Positions 14,598-28,903 of a stretch of 64,000 bases of DNA are shown here, one piece after another. Position 1 is the stretch's first letter. Each line of letters opens with the position of its first letter. The position numbers and the translations under genes were made by a program. The stretch lies in NCBI RefSeq assembly GCF_009914755.1, contig NC_060926.1. The stretch is one strand, 5' to 3'. The stretch is from the human T2T-CHM13v2.0 reference genome, Homo sapiens. The notes under the pieces are model-generated. The model made no database searches and had not been told where the DNA came from. It saw only the letters and a program-made list of their open reading frames with translations.

Positions 14598-15482
14598 ACC
14601 ATGGCGTGTGGATGTGAGAGGAGGGACTCCAGCCGGCAGTGATGCTCCCATTTGCTGAGATGGGAACTGTGGGATGTACTCATTGGTGAGTGCTGGATCT
14701 TTGTAAGTTTGAAATGTTTAAAGATTTCCAAAGGGAGGTTTTTGAGTAGAGTTAGATCCACCAGGCTTGAGTTCAGAGACAAGAACTGGGTAGCCATAGA
14801 AACTCTGGAGGCGCCCAGTACGCAGAGAGCTCCCGATGCTGTGAGGCTGCAGGAACCGTGAGTTGATCTAACTGGATCCTTGATGATCCACGAGAAAGAA
14901 GCCACTCATTTCTTCTGGATCTGGATAATTTGTACTTTTTCAGTGGTAATCAATAATACCAGTAATGCACTGGAGAGATAAAAAGGTGCAGGTTTTTATG
15001 AATATTCCATCCAAAAGTTAGATTGATTTGACTTGTTTTATCTGTATACTTCCCGATGACTTCATATAGTTTATAAATTTCTAGTGGTCTCCAACTGTCA
15101 TTACTTAACGTCACCTGTAAAATGAGAATAGAGGACTGTAAATGCCTACCTGAGAGGGTTGTAGGGAGATTAAGGAAGGATGATTAGTACATTATAAATA
15201 TCATACAATGGATCACTGGTGTGGAAGTTTTCTCTCTTGATAAAACACTGGAAATGCAATTTGGTTTCCATGGACCTGGGAGCTGCCTGTGCTGGGCTCC
15301 TGCTGCCTGCACCATGTCCAGCATCACCTCTGACATAGAGAAGATGCTGCCTGGTTACAGGTGGAATAATCTATAAAATCAGTACTGAGGCCTATTAATG
15401 CTTGGCGGTGGGCTGAGTGTTTTGCAGAGGTCATCAAGTCCTCTCTAATGAGAACATCAAGGAGAAATCAACCCCTCATATT

Positions 15483-15532
15483 TGCACTCCAGCCTGGAGA
15501 ACAAGAGTGAAACTCTATTTCAAAGAAAAAAA
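15483..15532 (+). mobile_element. Short Alu 3' end fragment
   Basis: tgcactccagcctggagaacaagagtgaaactctatttc followed by an A-rich tail. Confidence 0.75.
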
Positions 15533-16399
15533 GCTGTAAAAGCATTTGAATCTAACAGACAAAATCATGTATTAGTATTCACCAACTTCTCATTGCAAAA
15601 TCAATACACACAATATGGTGAATAAATTTACATCTAAATATTTATAATGTATTAATATTTTTTCTGGCCTGACATTTTATATCCTGGCACTGGTGGCAAT
15701 TTGCCAGTAGCAGTCTTACTTTGCCCAGATCTAAAACAACCTTATGTTAAGGTTTTAACATCAGTATCTTAAATGTATTTTATCCTGACATAAACATGAG
15801 GTTTTTGGATCAGAGACAGGTTGTTAATTACTCACAGAACGTCTCAATGCTGGTTCCCCATCCCTGCCCCAGAGTTCTGTGTGGGCAGAGATGTCAGCCA
15901 TGGGAGAAGCACGTGGGGCCATGACTCTCGGAGCTCATATAGGATGCTCAGCACCCACCCACCCTCCTCCCCACAGAAGGAGAGACTCCCCCTTACTAAC
16001 ACCAATCAGACCTCTCTCAGGAGAGAAAGCCGAGGTCTCTCTTCCATCACACTTTGGAATATAAACCAAAGGCTTCAGGGGCCATCCGTGTGAAATGTCC
16101 CTGAATGATTCACTATTGCCAACTCCCATGGCTGGGTCACTGCACCATCGTCCTTCATTCCAGGTGCCAGTGAGTGTTGCTCAGAAAGCCCTCACTATGC
16201 AATAATGTAGAAATATTCACAGAGCTTCGATTCTCAGCAGTCTACGTCAGAAAATTTTAGTGAATTTTACAAGGACCCAAAGATTATCATGGCAACTTAG
16301 GAAAAACTAAAAGGTAAAGTCCTCCTTTGAACGGTGGCTTTTGATCTCGTTCAAGATGAGGAAGAGGAAGAATATTGAAGGAGAATAGAGAAAAGAAGG

Positions 16400-16872
16400 T
16401 GTATTCGTCTGTGTTCACATTGCTCTAAAGAAATGCCTGATACTGGGTAGTTTATAAAGAAAAGAGGGTTAATTGGCCCACAGTTCCGCAAGCTGTACAG
16501 GAAGCACGTCTGGGGAAGCCTCAGGAAACTTACAGTGTGGCAGAAGGCAAAGGGGAAGTAGGCACATCTTACATGGCCAGAGAAGGAGGAAGAGAGGGAG
16601 CGGGAGGAGATGTCACACTTTTAAACAATCAGATCTCATGAGAACTGTATCACAAGAATAGAACCATGGCCAGAGAAGGAGGAAGAGAGGAAGGGAGAAG
16701 ATGCCACACACTTGTAAACAGTCAGATCTCATGAGAACTCTATTAGGAGAACAGCACCAAAGGGCAAATCCACCCCCATGATGCAGTCACCTCCCACCAG
16801 GCTCCACCTCCAACAGTGAGGATTATAATTTGACATGAGATTTGGGCGGAGTCACAGACCCCAACCGTATCA
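16400..16872 (-). mobile_element. MaLR solo LTR (MSTA/MSTB-like) with an internal ~90-bp duplication
   Basis: TG...CA ends with TSD GAAGG at 16395-16399 and 16873-16877. The block catggccagagaaggaggaagagag...agatctcatgagaact occurs twice. Confidence 0.9.
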
Positions 16873-18531
16873 GAAGGGAAATGGGATAGAAGAATGGAAA
16901 GGAGGAATTGGAGTGGAAAAAGCAGGTCCGTGTTTCACAGCTCAGTTGTTCCGTGAGGAGGGCCCGGCCCACCCTGGTGGGTCCCTAATCTCTGTCTTTC
17001 CCATGCACCAGGAGATGCTGGAAGAGCTGAGATTAAAGCCAGGACTCTCAACAACTCACACACCCTACTCTCCCTCGTTAGCCAGAGTATTTATTTCTGA
17101 TTTGTACATTAGAATCTGAAAGATGTTTCAGTTATTCCTGTTTTCAAACATCATTAAAATGTGTCAAAATAAGTTATAAAGTCAATTTTACAGAATTGTA
17201 TGGCATTAATATATCAATGATGTAGCAACTGCCTATGCATATGCAAGAATTATTAGCAATTTTAAGACTATCAATTACATAGGTATATTCTATCATTAAA
17301 AATATTACTTGGAAAAAATAATTCAAATGAAGATTTGTAGATGGAGCAAACTATATTGTTCTGGGGCCACATATTCATTGTTCTATGATAACAGTCAAAG
17401 GTACCAAGTTATGGCATCTTGTAATCTACAATTTCGGCTCCATTTCAAGCCAAGTGTGGCCAGATACTTAGAAAATTGTCAATTGCCATTATTAGGAAAA
17501 CCATAGTGATGATATATAGTTACAAAACCACCCATCTTGTCTACCATCCGTTACGTCTCTTTTGTTCCATGAGAGTCTGGAGAAAATCCAGGAATCTGCA
17601 TACCTCGTGTTTCCTTGCCCTGGTGTTAAGTCACTGCTCTGAGGAAGAAGCATGATGGTAGAGCCAGTGGATCTCTCTCCGGACATGCAAAATCATTCCC
17701 CAGAGAAAATCGGCTGATAAAGTGCCTCAGAGAGGTTCACGCTGCATGGGCCCCTCTTAGCAGAGGGTTTCCCCTCTTTTAACATAAGAGGTGCGGTCCT
17801 GGAAAATCATGTAAACTAAGCCATGATGACTGCATTAGGGAGCCCTGGATTTCAGGAAGTCGTGGCGTGGAGTCTGGATTTCAGGAAGCCATGGCGTGGA
17901 GCCAGTCATTTACCAAGTCAGGAATTCGTTTGTCCAATGAGTGGTGATTGAACACGCCTCTGCAGTAAGGAATTCGTTTGCAATTCACAGTGGCTGCTTC
18001 CATCCCACCCTCGGCCTTCCTTTCCTTTTAAAAGGTGTCAGGCTTCTTATCCTCAGGTTGTTTTCCCACAAGACCACCACGTCAGACTCCCCTGATAAAA
18101 CATCAAGAACACCAATGTACCTATGAATCACCTGGGAATACTTCTTAAAAACACAGGCTGTGATATGGCAGGTCTGGTGCGGACCTGAGACTTGACATCA
18201 CCAACAGGGACCTAGAGATGCCGAGGCTGTTGCTGGCCATGCTGCACTTTGGGAGTCATGATGGATACATCAACAATAAATTGCTTAAAAATAAAAAGTC
18301 AAGATCTCTGAGCCTCACTCCAAACTTGCGAAATCTGAACCGCTTGGATGGGGCGCAGGAATCTGCATCGGCAGGTGACGCCTGGCCACACTCAGGCATG
18401 GCACAAACACACTAGGAGTGCCCTGCTTCAGAACAGTACTCCAGGCTTTCAGTATTGTCACTGCATCATGGGCTATGCACACCTAGAATTTTGAGCTTTA
18501 CATTAATCTTCTAATTATATGTGTGTGTTTG

Positions 18532-18644
18532 TATATATATATATACACAAAGCTGTATGTATATATATATATAAATATATATATAAATATATATAAATAT
18601 ATATATAAAAATATATATATAAAATATATAAATATATATATATA
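18532..18644. repeat. (TA)n-rich microsatellite
   Basis: Seen directly. Confidence 0.95.
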
Positions 18645-18674
18645 ACTACATGTGTTAATACACATACGTATGTA

Positions 18675-18992
18675 TAGCCATGCATTGCTTAAGGACAGGT
18701 ATATATTCCAGAAAATGCACAGTTAGGCAATTTTGTCGTTGTGCAAACATCATAGGGTGTATTTACAGAAACCTAGATGGGCTGTATATGTTTATTTATG
18801 TATATTTTCATATAGAAAACCAAATGTTCCGGCACCATTACTGACTATGAGTTCCTTCCTCTAGTTGATCTGCAAGGCCAGGATCAAGTTCCATCGACCG
18901 GGTTTCTGTATATGCTCCATTAGAACCTATGGGGCCACCGTGGTCTGTGCAGTTCATTGTTAACTGAAGTGTCGTGACGTGGTGCATGACTG
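18675..18992. mobile_element. Tigger3-family non-autonomous DNA transposon
   Basis: Degenerate TIRs (tagccatgcattgcttaa... and ...acgtggtgcatgactg) flanked by TA. Internal ttttgtcgttgtgcaaacatcatag is typical of Tigger3. Confidence 0.8.
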
Positions 18993-21900
18993 TATAGACA
19001 CACACGCACACACATTTGTATATGCATACAGAGAGGGTTTTGACTAGCTTTCCTAACATTAAGCTCAATTTAGCCAAGTTTTTTCACTTTTGTTGCAGCA
19101 ACCTACCTCCTATCTGAACTACAAGCTACGCAGAACCTAACCAACACACGAGATGCTCTTCTTGGATACCTTGGACATGGTTTTATCTTAAATAACCCCC
19201 TTCTGTTACATGGTCATGTTCAGCCTTGAATTGTTGTAGCCTAGATATTTTCTAGAGCTATAACTCGTGAAATAAAAAGTGAGAAGAGCCCTAATGGACA
19301 TGATGAATTTTTTGGTGATTTTTTTTTTTCTGGCAGAAACTCAGAGGAACCTGATGCCTGCACTTTCACTAAATTAGAGAAGCATTCACATCACATCCAT
19401 GTAGGGAGAGGAAGGATATCTGTGAAAGGCTGGAGCCAGGCTGAGGGTGCTCTGCAGAAAGGATCACTCACATGAAGTCACCTGAGCTGCATGTCAGCAG
19501 GGGGAAGCCGATGGCAGGGCCTCTGGGACTTGGAAGAGGGGAGGGAGACCTGCCACGGCTGTCAGGAAAGGCCTCAGGGCTGGGTCTGAGCTGAGTCCTT
19601 AAGCCATGCGGTTCAGGTAAGCAGGGAAAGAACAATGATGAGAAAGACCCACTTCTTTTTTTTTTTTAATTAATACACTTGTTTTTTGGACGATTTTAGA
19701 TTTACAGAAAACAGTGGAAGGTGAAGAGTAGCCTGTGCCCCTCACCGCCCCCACCTCCCCTGTTCCTAACACTTGCGTCCTCTGGTACATTGTCACAGCC
19801 AGGAGCTAGTGTGGATACTGCCACACTCATAACATCCATGTGGCTCAAGGGGACTTCCCACAGCTCTCAGGGTGGCAGCATTTTCTTCAAGTCCACAATA
19901 GAAATGGTTCCATCCGAAGCCCGACCACCTTCTTACCTGTGTCTGCGGTCGAGGCACATTCTCTTCCCTGAATCAATCATGTTGGCGAAGATGATGAGAA
20001 TTCTGGCCTGAATTGTGTGTGGACTGCGCCTTGCCTCCCTGGGCTGGGGGCAAGGTCATAGCTCTGGGAGCGGAGAAGGGATCCCCAGGGGGAGACACGG
20101 CCACTGGCAGGAGGAATAAACGAGTAGGAGGAAGGCAGGACTACGGCAAAACCAGCAGACGCCACAGGGACGAACAGAAAGGGGCTTAATAAACAGATGA
20201 TGGATGCAGCGGAAGGAGGGAGAGACTAGACCTGCTTCTGCGAACAACAAAGAGCAGAGCCCCCTCCAAGCTTTGTCTTAGAACAGGACTCAAATCCCTG
20301 CTGTTTTGTCACATATTGATATCAGACTAGTATGGAAAATGCATTCAATGTGACATAATCTAATACAGTGACCAGATATATTAATCACAGCATGATGACA
20401 GCGGTGAAAACCTAAAAGCAATCTACAATGTCCATCACAAAGATAAAGCTTACAAAAACCGTAACTCCACACGGAAATTCTAAGCTGTAGTTACAGTTGT
20501 ATTTCTGAATAACATTTAATGACATGGGAAAATGCTGATATTACTAACTATATTTTGAAAAGTGTAAAACCATGAATATGCATAAGGTGTATTTATAGCA
20601 ACAAGTAAACTTGGGAAGATGTCTCTGAATAGGGTGTTTAGTGGGGTTTTTTTCCCCTTTATATTTACAGCCTTCAAAAATAAGCAGCATTGTCCTAACT
20701 GGGAAAGATAAAAATGGTGGATCCACAATTCTGTATTTGCCAGTAATAAAACCAGCACCTGAGCTCTGACATTAGGCAGTAGCATAAAACACTGGCCAGG
20801 GTGGGAACGGGAGGAGTGGGAAGGGAGGGGCAGGTGCAGTGTTGAGGAATCAGCGGGCACTGCTGTGGAATTCAGGGTGATGTTTTATTTCAGGCATCCA
20901 TCAGCATGGCTCCCCAGCTCTCAAGAGAAGGGGTGCTGGAGTTCTGGCTTTTAAACTCTGAAATAAGCACCTGAAACTCCCTCTAGCAAATTCGAGATGT
21001 AACTCTTATGGCCTGAATACCAAATCCAAAAGGAACCTTAAAGTTCGTATTCTAATTGGCCATTCTCACTTTCAAATTGTTCCCTTTACTTATTGTTTTA
21101 TTGCCAAAATCACAATTGCAATGAGCTGACTCTAGGGCAATAAAATATTAAATAGCAAAACTATTTGTGTAACTTTCCACATTTCAGTTGTGATGACTTG
21201 AAAAATGTCTCGAAAATTTTGTTTGCTGCAAGGATTACCAGAAGGTCACCAATTAATTAAAGCCAAGATAATTTCAGTGTTTCAAAGACATAATTCCGTG
21301 CACTTTGGATTATTTTTACTGGCTGAAGGAAAAAGTGCAGGGTCAACAATAAAAAACATCAAATTTGTTACATTGTTGAATATTTTAGATTTTTCTGCAT
21401 GAAATATTTTAACTTAGAGATTAAATATCTGAGCTTGAATTGTGAAACATACAGCATTATTCGACAGTGAGATTAGTTTGGCCATTATTATTGTTAAAAT
21501 AGTTGTGAACTACAACAGGTCAGACCAACGAAAAATGTATTCAATTAAACTGGTTAGTAGATTTTTCATTCATTTCTGAAACAGAAATAAGTTTAGTTCT
21601 AAAAAGCAAAAGACTGTCTACACAATATTTTCTGTCCATTTTTGTACTCCAGTAAATATATAAACTCATTCACTTTCACGTGCATTAAATGTTACCCAAA
21701 ATTAATCCCTAATTTAATCTAAAAGGAATCCAAAATGGTTTTCTAAAATTATGCCCAATTGCATGTGATAGACAAGATATCATAGATATCAATCTTATCT
21801 ATCTAAGATAAGATAAAGGAGATAGACGTTTTCCTGTCGGTAAAGGATCTATTATATTTGCCACAAACTGACAAAGATGAGGATGTGGCAACTCATCAAA

Positions 21901-22061
21901 ACTCACAGCAGTACGTAAAGTTTAGTGTTACCAATTTATACTAATGGGGCTTAGGATTTAATTGAGGTGGACACACATGCAGTCACACTATTGTAAATTT
22001 TTAAATTTTTCAACTAAAAGTAGCATGCTGCTTTTCATGGAACGTTCTCTGTTTCTTGCAG

Positions 22062-22133
22062 GTGAGCACATTCGATTGGGTGCGAGCAGAAAGGACCTAT
22101 CACCTCTGTGAGGTGCTATTTAAAGTTCACAAG
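22062..22133 (+). CDS. SNTG2: SNTG2 coding exon (probably exon 13), 72 nt
   Basis: Acceptor gtttcttgcag|GTG, donor AAG|gtaggt. Encodes VSTFDWVRAERTYHLCEVLFKVHK. Confidence 0.95.
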
Positions 22134-25100
22134 GTAGGTATCTTTTGCACTTCAGATGCTTTCATACAAATAAGATGCCCTTTGGGCTTGCAGAATGAGA
22201 GGATTGTTTGTTCTGCGTGGTCCATTGAAATAGTAAAATTTGAAATAGTAAAATAATGTGACGATCTGGACCCATCCTCCTGCCCTACCTGGTACATGGG
22301 TTCTAGCTGTCACCCTGTTGCTTATCAAGGCAGGATGAATGGATGACAGGGTGTGTCTGTGTTTAAGTGGTATGTGGTGTTTGTGTGTGTTGTACGGGAG
22401 AGATGTGTTTTATGATGTCCACTTACAATCATTTATTCCAAGAACTTTAGATTTTGTTACTGCTGCTGCTGTTACTGAAATTGTTTTCAACAAATCAGAT
22501 ACAAATTTGCCCCAGGGTCTGGCCAGTTTGCTGCTCATGGTTCCTAGGGTAGGTAAGGACTGAGTCTTCCTCCAGGGGACACACCTCACTGGTGGGGCTG
22601 CCTGGAGCCTGGAGGTGCAGCAGGGCCCTAGCCCAGGCCCCTGCCCACCTGACTGCAGAGGTGTCTCCACAGCAAGGCGACGATGCGCTCACCGTGGCCG
22701 GGTGCCACCGTGTCCTAGTATGTGACTCAGTGCATCATGTAAACAAACCACCTGTGTCTTTTTCATGTAGGAGTACACAAAACAGAGACAAATAGGAATA
22801 TTAAGTGAAAGTTTAAATGTACGTACCTTTTAGTCTGAGAATTTGACTGTAAAGTGTTATCAGTCTAAAGTTAGAAGTTTTGAATAAAGATTTGTCTTTC
22901 AAAGTTTGGTTTGTTTTCTTAAATTGAAAATATCCTCAAAAATAATATTCTCTATCTGTAGTTGCTTTATTTTAAATTTAAATCTGGAATTTCAGACTGC
23001 CTTTAATGGAAACATGTACAGGGGAAATACATTTCCATAATAATATTATCAAATGATAAATACATTTATTTCCCATTTTTGAAAAATTTATTTGGGCAAC
23101 ATTTTTCTGCATTGTTCCTACTTTTGTTGAATATGGTAATGAAGGAGATGAAGGAAAAGGCCGGATGTATTTAAATTAAGACTCCTAATTACAGGTTGTA
23201 ATAAACAATCATTGATCAGAAAGTGAACATTTCTGTGCTAGGCATATTCATTAAAAAATGGAGGAAAATAGAAAAAAACATTAACTGTGGTTTTCTCTCA
23301 GTGATGGCTTTTCTAGTTATTGTTGCTTTCATTTTAAAAATTATTCTGTTTTCGAAATTATCTGTGACAGGAATGCATTATTTTGAAAATGGCAAAAAGG
23401 AAGCCTTATGTTAACATGAGCCTCTTGGTCGTAGATGATATGCAGGTCATTTCATCCATCACATTTCCACAGAAGAATTCGTAGAAGAATTCGTAGAAGA
23501 ATTCTTGGCCTTTTTGTTTCCTTCGCATGGGCTCCTCATCAACACATTTTCGCTTCTGCCCCCTCTTGTTTCAGAGGATTCTCCTTCCGTGCACCTGAGA
23601 TGTTCTTTAGGTACTGGGGTGTCTTTGAGAGATTATTGTATCTTACATATGTGGTTCATTAGTAACCTATAGAGCCATCTCATTTTCCCAGGAAGATTAT
23701 AAAAAAATTTTAGTCAGTAAATATTATATGAAGGATTTATGAAATCATGAAATTAGCCAGTAGAATGGCTATGGCAAAGGTATTAAACTAAAAATGGGGT
23801 AAATAATAATAAATCTATAGCATTCAATATTTTTAAAAAAGAGATTAAATTATATGAGTTGAATGTCCTATTTGGAAGTCTTAAAATAGTGATCTTACAA
23901 AATCATATTGACTGCTTTTACACACATTTAATTGCTGATGTTTATCATTTAGCATACATAAATTTAAAAGTAAATGCATTCAGTTTATTTTCAGAAATGT
24001 AAATAAATATGTGAGTATCATAAGAACTAATACTTTTTCATATAGATTCTTTAAATATCCATAATTACCATTTCAAAGTACACTCATTAATATTTAGACC
24101 AGAAATCAAATTCTGAAGTTGTGATTTTGTTTTTTCTCTGATACCTTCTAAAAATTACTTTTCCCAACTCTTAAAATTATGTGTTCTGTATTTCAACACT
24201 CATCACGAAATAGATGAGAAAATTGCACCAATCAGCCTTGATTGCATTCGTGAGAGAAATGATAAACAGCTTTCGTGCAGCATGGCAGAAAAGCACTCTG
24301 GACACTATGGAGCGTCCTGTGTGAAATCCACGGGTCCATCCTCTCAACCTAAAGATACCCCATTAAATTTTCAGGAAAAGTCAATATTCTCATATGTTTG
24401 GCAGAAGATCTGAGTAATGATAGCTGTCTTTATTGAGTACTTCCCTAGGAACCTTGCTAAGCACTTAGCTATGTCCTTGAGTTAATTCTGTCCCCACCTA
24501 AGGAGCACTCTGTTTTGTAGCTAAGAACTCAGAAGCAGGGAAGTGGACGAGGACTTTCCAGAAGCCAAGCAGAGACAGGGATGGGGCCCAGACTCACGTG
24601 GCTGCAAAGCTCATCCCGAATCCCGCTCTATTCCACGTGCTAGAAGCAGTGGTATTCCGGGAGCCTGTCGCGAGTGGCCGTTAAGAGTTCTAGAACGTGT
24701 TCTCCACGGATCTTCGGGGTAGTCCTGTTTGGATAATATCAACACTGAGAGGAAGAATTCCTAAATGATTTTCCTAAAGCCATGTCAGGACAAAACTGCA
24801 CCAGAGTTAAAGGCGAAGAAGGCAAGAAGACCTTATTCAAGTCTATTATGATAGGAGAGAGAGAGAGATTCAGAGATTCAACTCCACTGAAACAAAGGAT
24901 GAGAGGGTTTCTACAAGTTGGGATGGGAAGGAGATTAGGGCCATCATTGTCTGTTAATTGGACTCCTGCAAAGAAACAGAGAGCTTCCCCCATCTTCATG
25001 ACAGGAGGTGGTTGCACAGCTTAGAGCCAAGCACCCACCAAGGCTGGGCTCCATCCTTCCACAGGGACAGGAGATGATGCCATCTTGCCAGTGATCACAT

Positions 25101-25282
25101 TTTGAAGGGACAGCTCCCAGCTCCTTGAGAAAGACAGTCCTGGGTTGTACAGCCAGCAAGAGACTTCTAGAAAGATTCAGGTATCAAATGGCAGAGAAAG
25201 AACATACAATAATACATTTTCTAAAGCAAATGCTCCAAAGATAGGGAGTTCCAGGTCCCAGAGGTGGGAAGAAGCCGGGTCA

Positions 25283-25553
25283 AGTCTCAGTCCAGACGAG
25301 GAAACCCAAAGGCTCAGTCCAGACGTAGTAACCGGAAGGCTCAGTCCAGACGAGGCAACCGGAAGGCTCCGTCCAGACGAGGCAACCCGAAGGCTCCGTG
25401 CAGACGAGGCAACCCGAAGGCTCCGTGCAGACGAGGCAACCGGAAGGCTCCGTCCAGACGAGGCAACCGGAAGGCTCCGTCCAGACGAGGCAACCGGAAG
25501 GCTCGGTCCAGACGACGAAACCCGAAGGCTCAGTCCAGACGACGAAACCCGAT
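25283..25553. repeat. CpG-rich minisatellite, 27-bp unit, ~10 copies
   Basis: Unit AGGCTC(A/C)GT(C/G)CAGACGAGGCAACC(G/C)GA. The ORF track shows 9-aa periodicity (RLRPDEATG). Confidence 0.95.
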
Positions 25554-26672
25554 GGTCTAGCCAGCCGCTGACTGACTGTTGACGGCAAGCCGCTGACCTT
25601 GAACTTCAGTGCTCAGGGTTTCCAGTCGTATCAACACACTGCGATCCACAAGGGCTGAGTGATTGTTTTTAAAGGAGCTACAGGAACTATCTGGGGAAAT
25701 GAGCTATATATGAATAATTAATTTTCCTTATGTAGAACTTACAACACATTCTTTGTGAGGCTAAACAGTGGAAAAACAATCCCTTGCTTGATCAAGCAGT
25801 CTCACTCCTCAGAATTGAATCTAAAGAAGAGTCCATTACAACACTGAGTTCAGAGGAATCAAAGAGCTATATGTATGAGAATGTTTAAGGATATTCCGTA
25901 AATTAATGATATTTGAAGAATAATCAAAAGACCATTGAGAAATATTTTAAAATCTTACAACATATTTTAAGTAATTGTACTATAAATTTATACAGTTATA
26001 TGTACAAATTCACATTGCATGAAAGAGAATATTAATTATTGTCCTATTATTAAGGTTATATTAATAATTATTGACATATTTTTAAAAATCAGATGACAAA
26101 ACATAGTAATAAGTTTATCTTTTAAATTCCCTTTATTGTTGCTATAATTGTTTCATAATAAATATAAATAGAAAAAATATGTAATTTTAGAATACAACCC
26201 TTTTTGTTTTTTTCAGGAAAGGGAACATAATAAGATGATGTCTTGCAGTCCTAGGTGGGGGGTGGGCTTTCTTCAGTCGTGGGGGTGGCTGGAAATGCTG
26301 TTCTGGATATTGCCAGAGCTGACCCTGCCAGGAAGCCAGGTAGCTGCAAAGCAGACATCAAATCGACATGTACGGCCTGGCTCAGCATTGCCTTAGGACG
26401 TGTGTCTTTATGAAAGCACGTAGTGAACTCATGTGAATCCGGGATGTGAGCCCTGCATGCTGGCCGCTCTGTCATGTGAAGTTATGACAACATTTTTATC
26501 ACGATTCCATTTCACAGCTCAAAAGTGGAGGCTCTGAGAGAGTGAATTGCTCAAGATCAAACAGCTAATACTGGGCAAAGAAAGGCCTCAAATTTTATCT
26601 GACTCCAAAACCTGGTGTTCTTCTATTATAATACACAGCTGCCCAAATATAGCAAGTGATAGGAAAGAAACA

Positions 26673-27759
26673 CAATTGACCTTTGAATATGGGCTTGAAC
26701 TGCGTGGGCTCATTTGTATGCCAATTGTTTTCTATAAGTATGTTGGAAAATTTTTTGAAAACAATTTAACAATTGTAAAAACCTCTTAAGACAAACTGTG
26801 TAGCTTAAAAATATCAAAACATTAAGAAAAAGTTAGAGATGTCGTGAATTCATACAATATATGTAGATACTAGTCTATTTCATCATTTACTCCTGTAAAA
26901 TATAAATCAATCAATTTGGCACCATCTGCAGTGGAGAGGAATATAGACAAAGGTAAAGATGCAGCGTTCAATCATTCCTGCCCATGGTTAACTGGAGCAC
27001 ATAGTGTGACATGGGTTTCTGAGTAAAATGTCTTAATCATCCCTGTGGAAGCAATTTCTCTCTCCAGTAAATTGCAGAGCATGGTAACGAGTGATCTCTC
27101 AGAGTTCTTGTGTACCTTCCCTCCTTCGTGTTGAGTCCAGTAACGTAAACCTTGAATAACACCCCGGGACCCACACGAAGTGCCACAAGGGATGTTGCAA
27201 GTGCCCCAAGAAGCGGGAATATCACAGCATTGCCAAAAAGCTGAATTGTTTGCTGTGCACCACAGATTGAGGTCTGCAGCGTGGTTGCCACCATTTCAGA
27301 CCATTCATCTCATAAACAGATGATGTAAACTTATGGTGTCAATAAATACAGTGCAGTGCTCTAAGTATATCTTCTCTTCCCTGTGATTTTCTCAATAACT
27401 ATTCTCTAGCTTACTTTCTTAATTCATTTATTTATTTAGAGATAGGATCTTGCTATGTCATCCAGGCTGGTCTTAAATTCCTGGGCTCCAGTGATGCCCC
27501 TGCCTCAGCCTCCCAATTAGTTGTGATTACAGGTGTAAGCCACTGTGCCTGAATTCACTTATTCTATTCTAAGAATGTAGTATATTATACGTATAACATA
27601 CAGAATATGTGTTAATTGACTGTTCATGTTATTAGTAAAGCTTCTGATCAACAATAGACTACTAGTAGTTAAGTTTTAGGGGAGTCAAAAGTTATGCATG
27701 AATCTTCAACTGCGTGAGAGTTGGCGCCCCTAACCCCTGGGTTGTTCAAGGCCCAACTA
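26673..27759. mobile_element. Tigger2-family DNA transposon (internally deleted form), interrupted by an Alu monomer
   Basis: TIR-like ends caattgacctttgaa...gaactgcgtgggctca and gttgttcaaggcccaacta. Confidence 0.8.
27425..27551 (-). mobile_element. FLAM / Alu monomer nested in Tigger2
   Basis: tttatttagagataggatcttgctatgtcatccaggctgg...gattacaggtgtaagccactgtgcctg. Confidence 0.85.
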
Positions 27760-28016
27760 TAATGAGCCATTCAATGGGGGATGTGCGTTCCCACATAAAT
27801 ATCTTCCAAAAGTTTTTCTTTATCAGTTTTTGACATTTAAGTTCAGTGGATAAAGAGATACTTTCTGCACCATAAGGTCAATGATGAACATGTTGTTCTT
27901 GGTTTGTGACGTGTAACCCTATAGGTTCCAGGTATCCCAGCTGAAGGAGACGATCCAGAGGGCCCCAGAATTAAAGTGCAGTTTCTGTACTCAAGGCTCA
28001 TTTAGGGTTAGCAACG

Positions 28017-28150
28017 TATGCACACTACACACATTCACGTACACACACATTCATGTTCACATACATTTCCACACATACACATGTTCATGTGTGCACACAC
28101 ATTCTCATGTGCACACATACACACACACATGTTCTCACGTGCACACACCA
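28017..28150. repeat. CA-rich low-complexity tract
   Basis: Seen directly. Confidence 0.85.
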
Positions 28151-28737
28151 CAAGGCATTTGATGTCTGGATGATGCACAGGGATAAATGTGCAATGCTCT
28201 CCATGATCAGAGGGTCATCCTGCAGAGCCATCTGCGGGGCCAGGAGAGCCAGGGCATCCCCCCGGAGAGGCCAGAAGGCCCACCTGAGACACACCAGTCG
28301 TAGCTTTTACCTCAAACCTGTGCCTAGAGTGCATGTGTCAGCATATTTCAAGTAAAACTATTTGGCCAACTGCTGAGTTCATGTGGATTTTGGGACTGGA
28401 CCTTGAGCGTAAGTGTGAGTGGGGACTGTCCAGCTTGGCTGGTTGGCACAAGTGAATGGAGATATCTCAGAATCATGATGGGAAGACCCAGCAGGTGGGC
28501 AGCTCCCCTTCCTTTCTGCTGCCATATGCAGGGCTGTGGGTGAACACCACATTCTCATTCAGGACTTTGGAAACCCCAGCCCAGGTGTCTCCCCTTGTTT
28601 CCCTTCACTGGGGAGAGACTGGTGCAGCAAAATTGATGTTGGGGTGCAGCGTCCCAGGAAGGTGTCTGGTGGGGGCTCTTCAGGGTGGATCTGTGGACCA
28701 GTAAATGAATGGGTGAGCTGAGAACTGAGGTGGGTCC

Positions 28738-28903
28738 AGAGAGAGACAGACAGAGACAGAGAGAAGGATAGAGAGAGACAGAGAAACAGACATAAAATAG
28801 AGAAACAGAATGACAGAAATGGAGAGAGAGAAAGAGACACAAAGAGAGACAGAGACATAGAAATGGAGACAGAGAGAGAGAGAGAGACAGACAGAGACAG
28901 AGA
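28738..28903. repeat. GA-rich low-complexity tract
   Basis: (GAGACA/GA)n. Confidence 0.9.

Noticed and set aside
17845-23502. Small duplications (29 bp x2 at 17845-17902; 12 bp x~3 at 23471-23502)
   Set aside because: Ordinary slippage duplications far from exons with no evident consequence.
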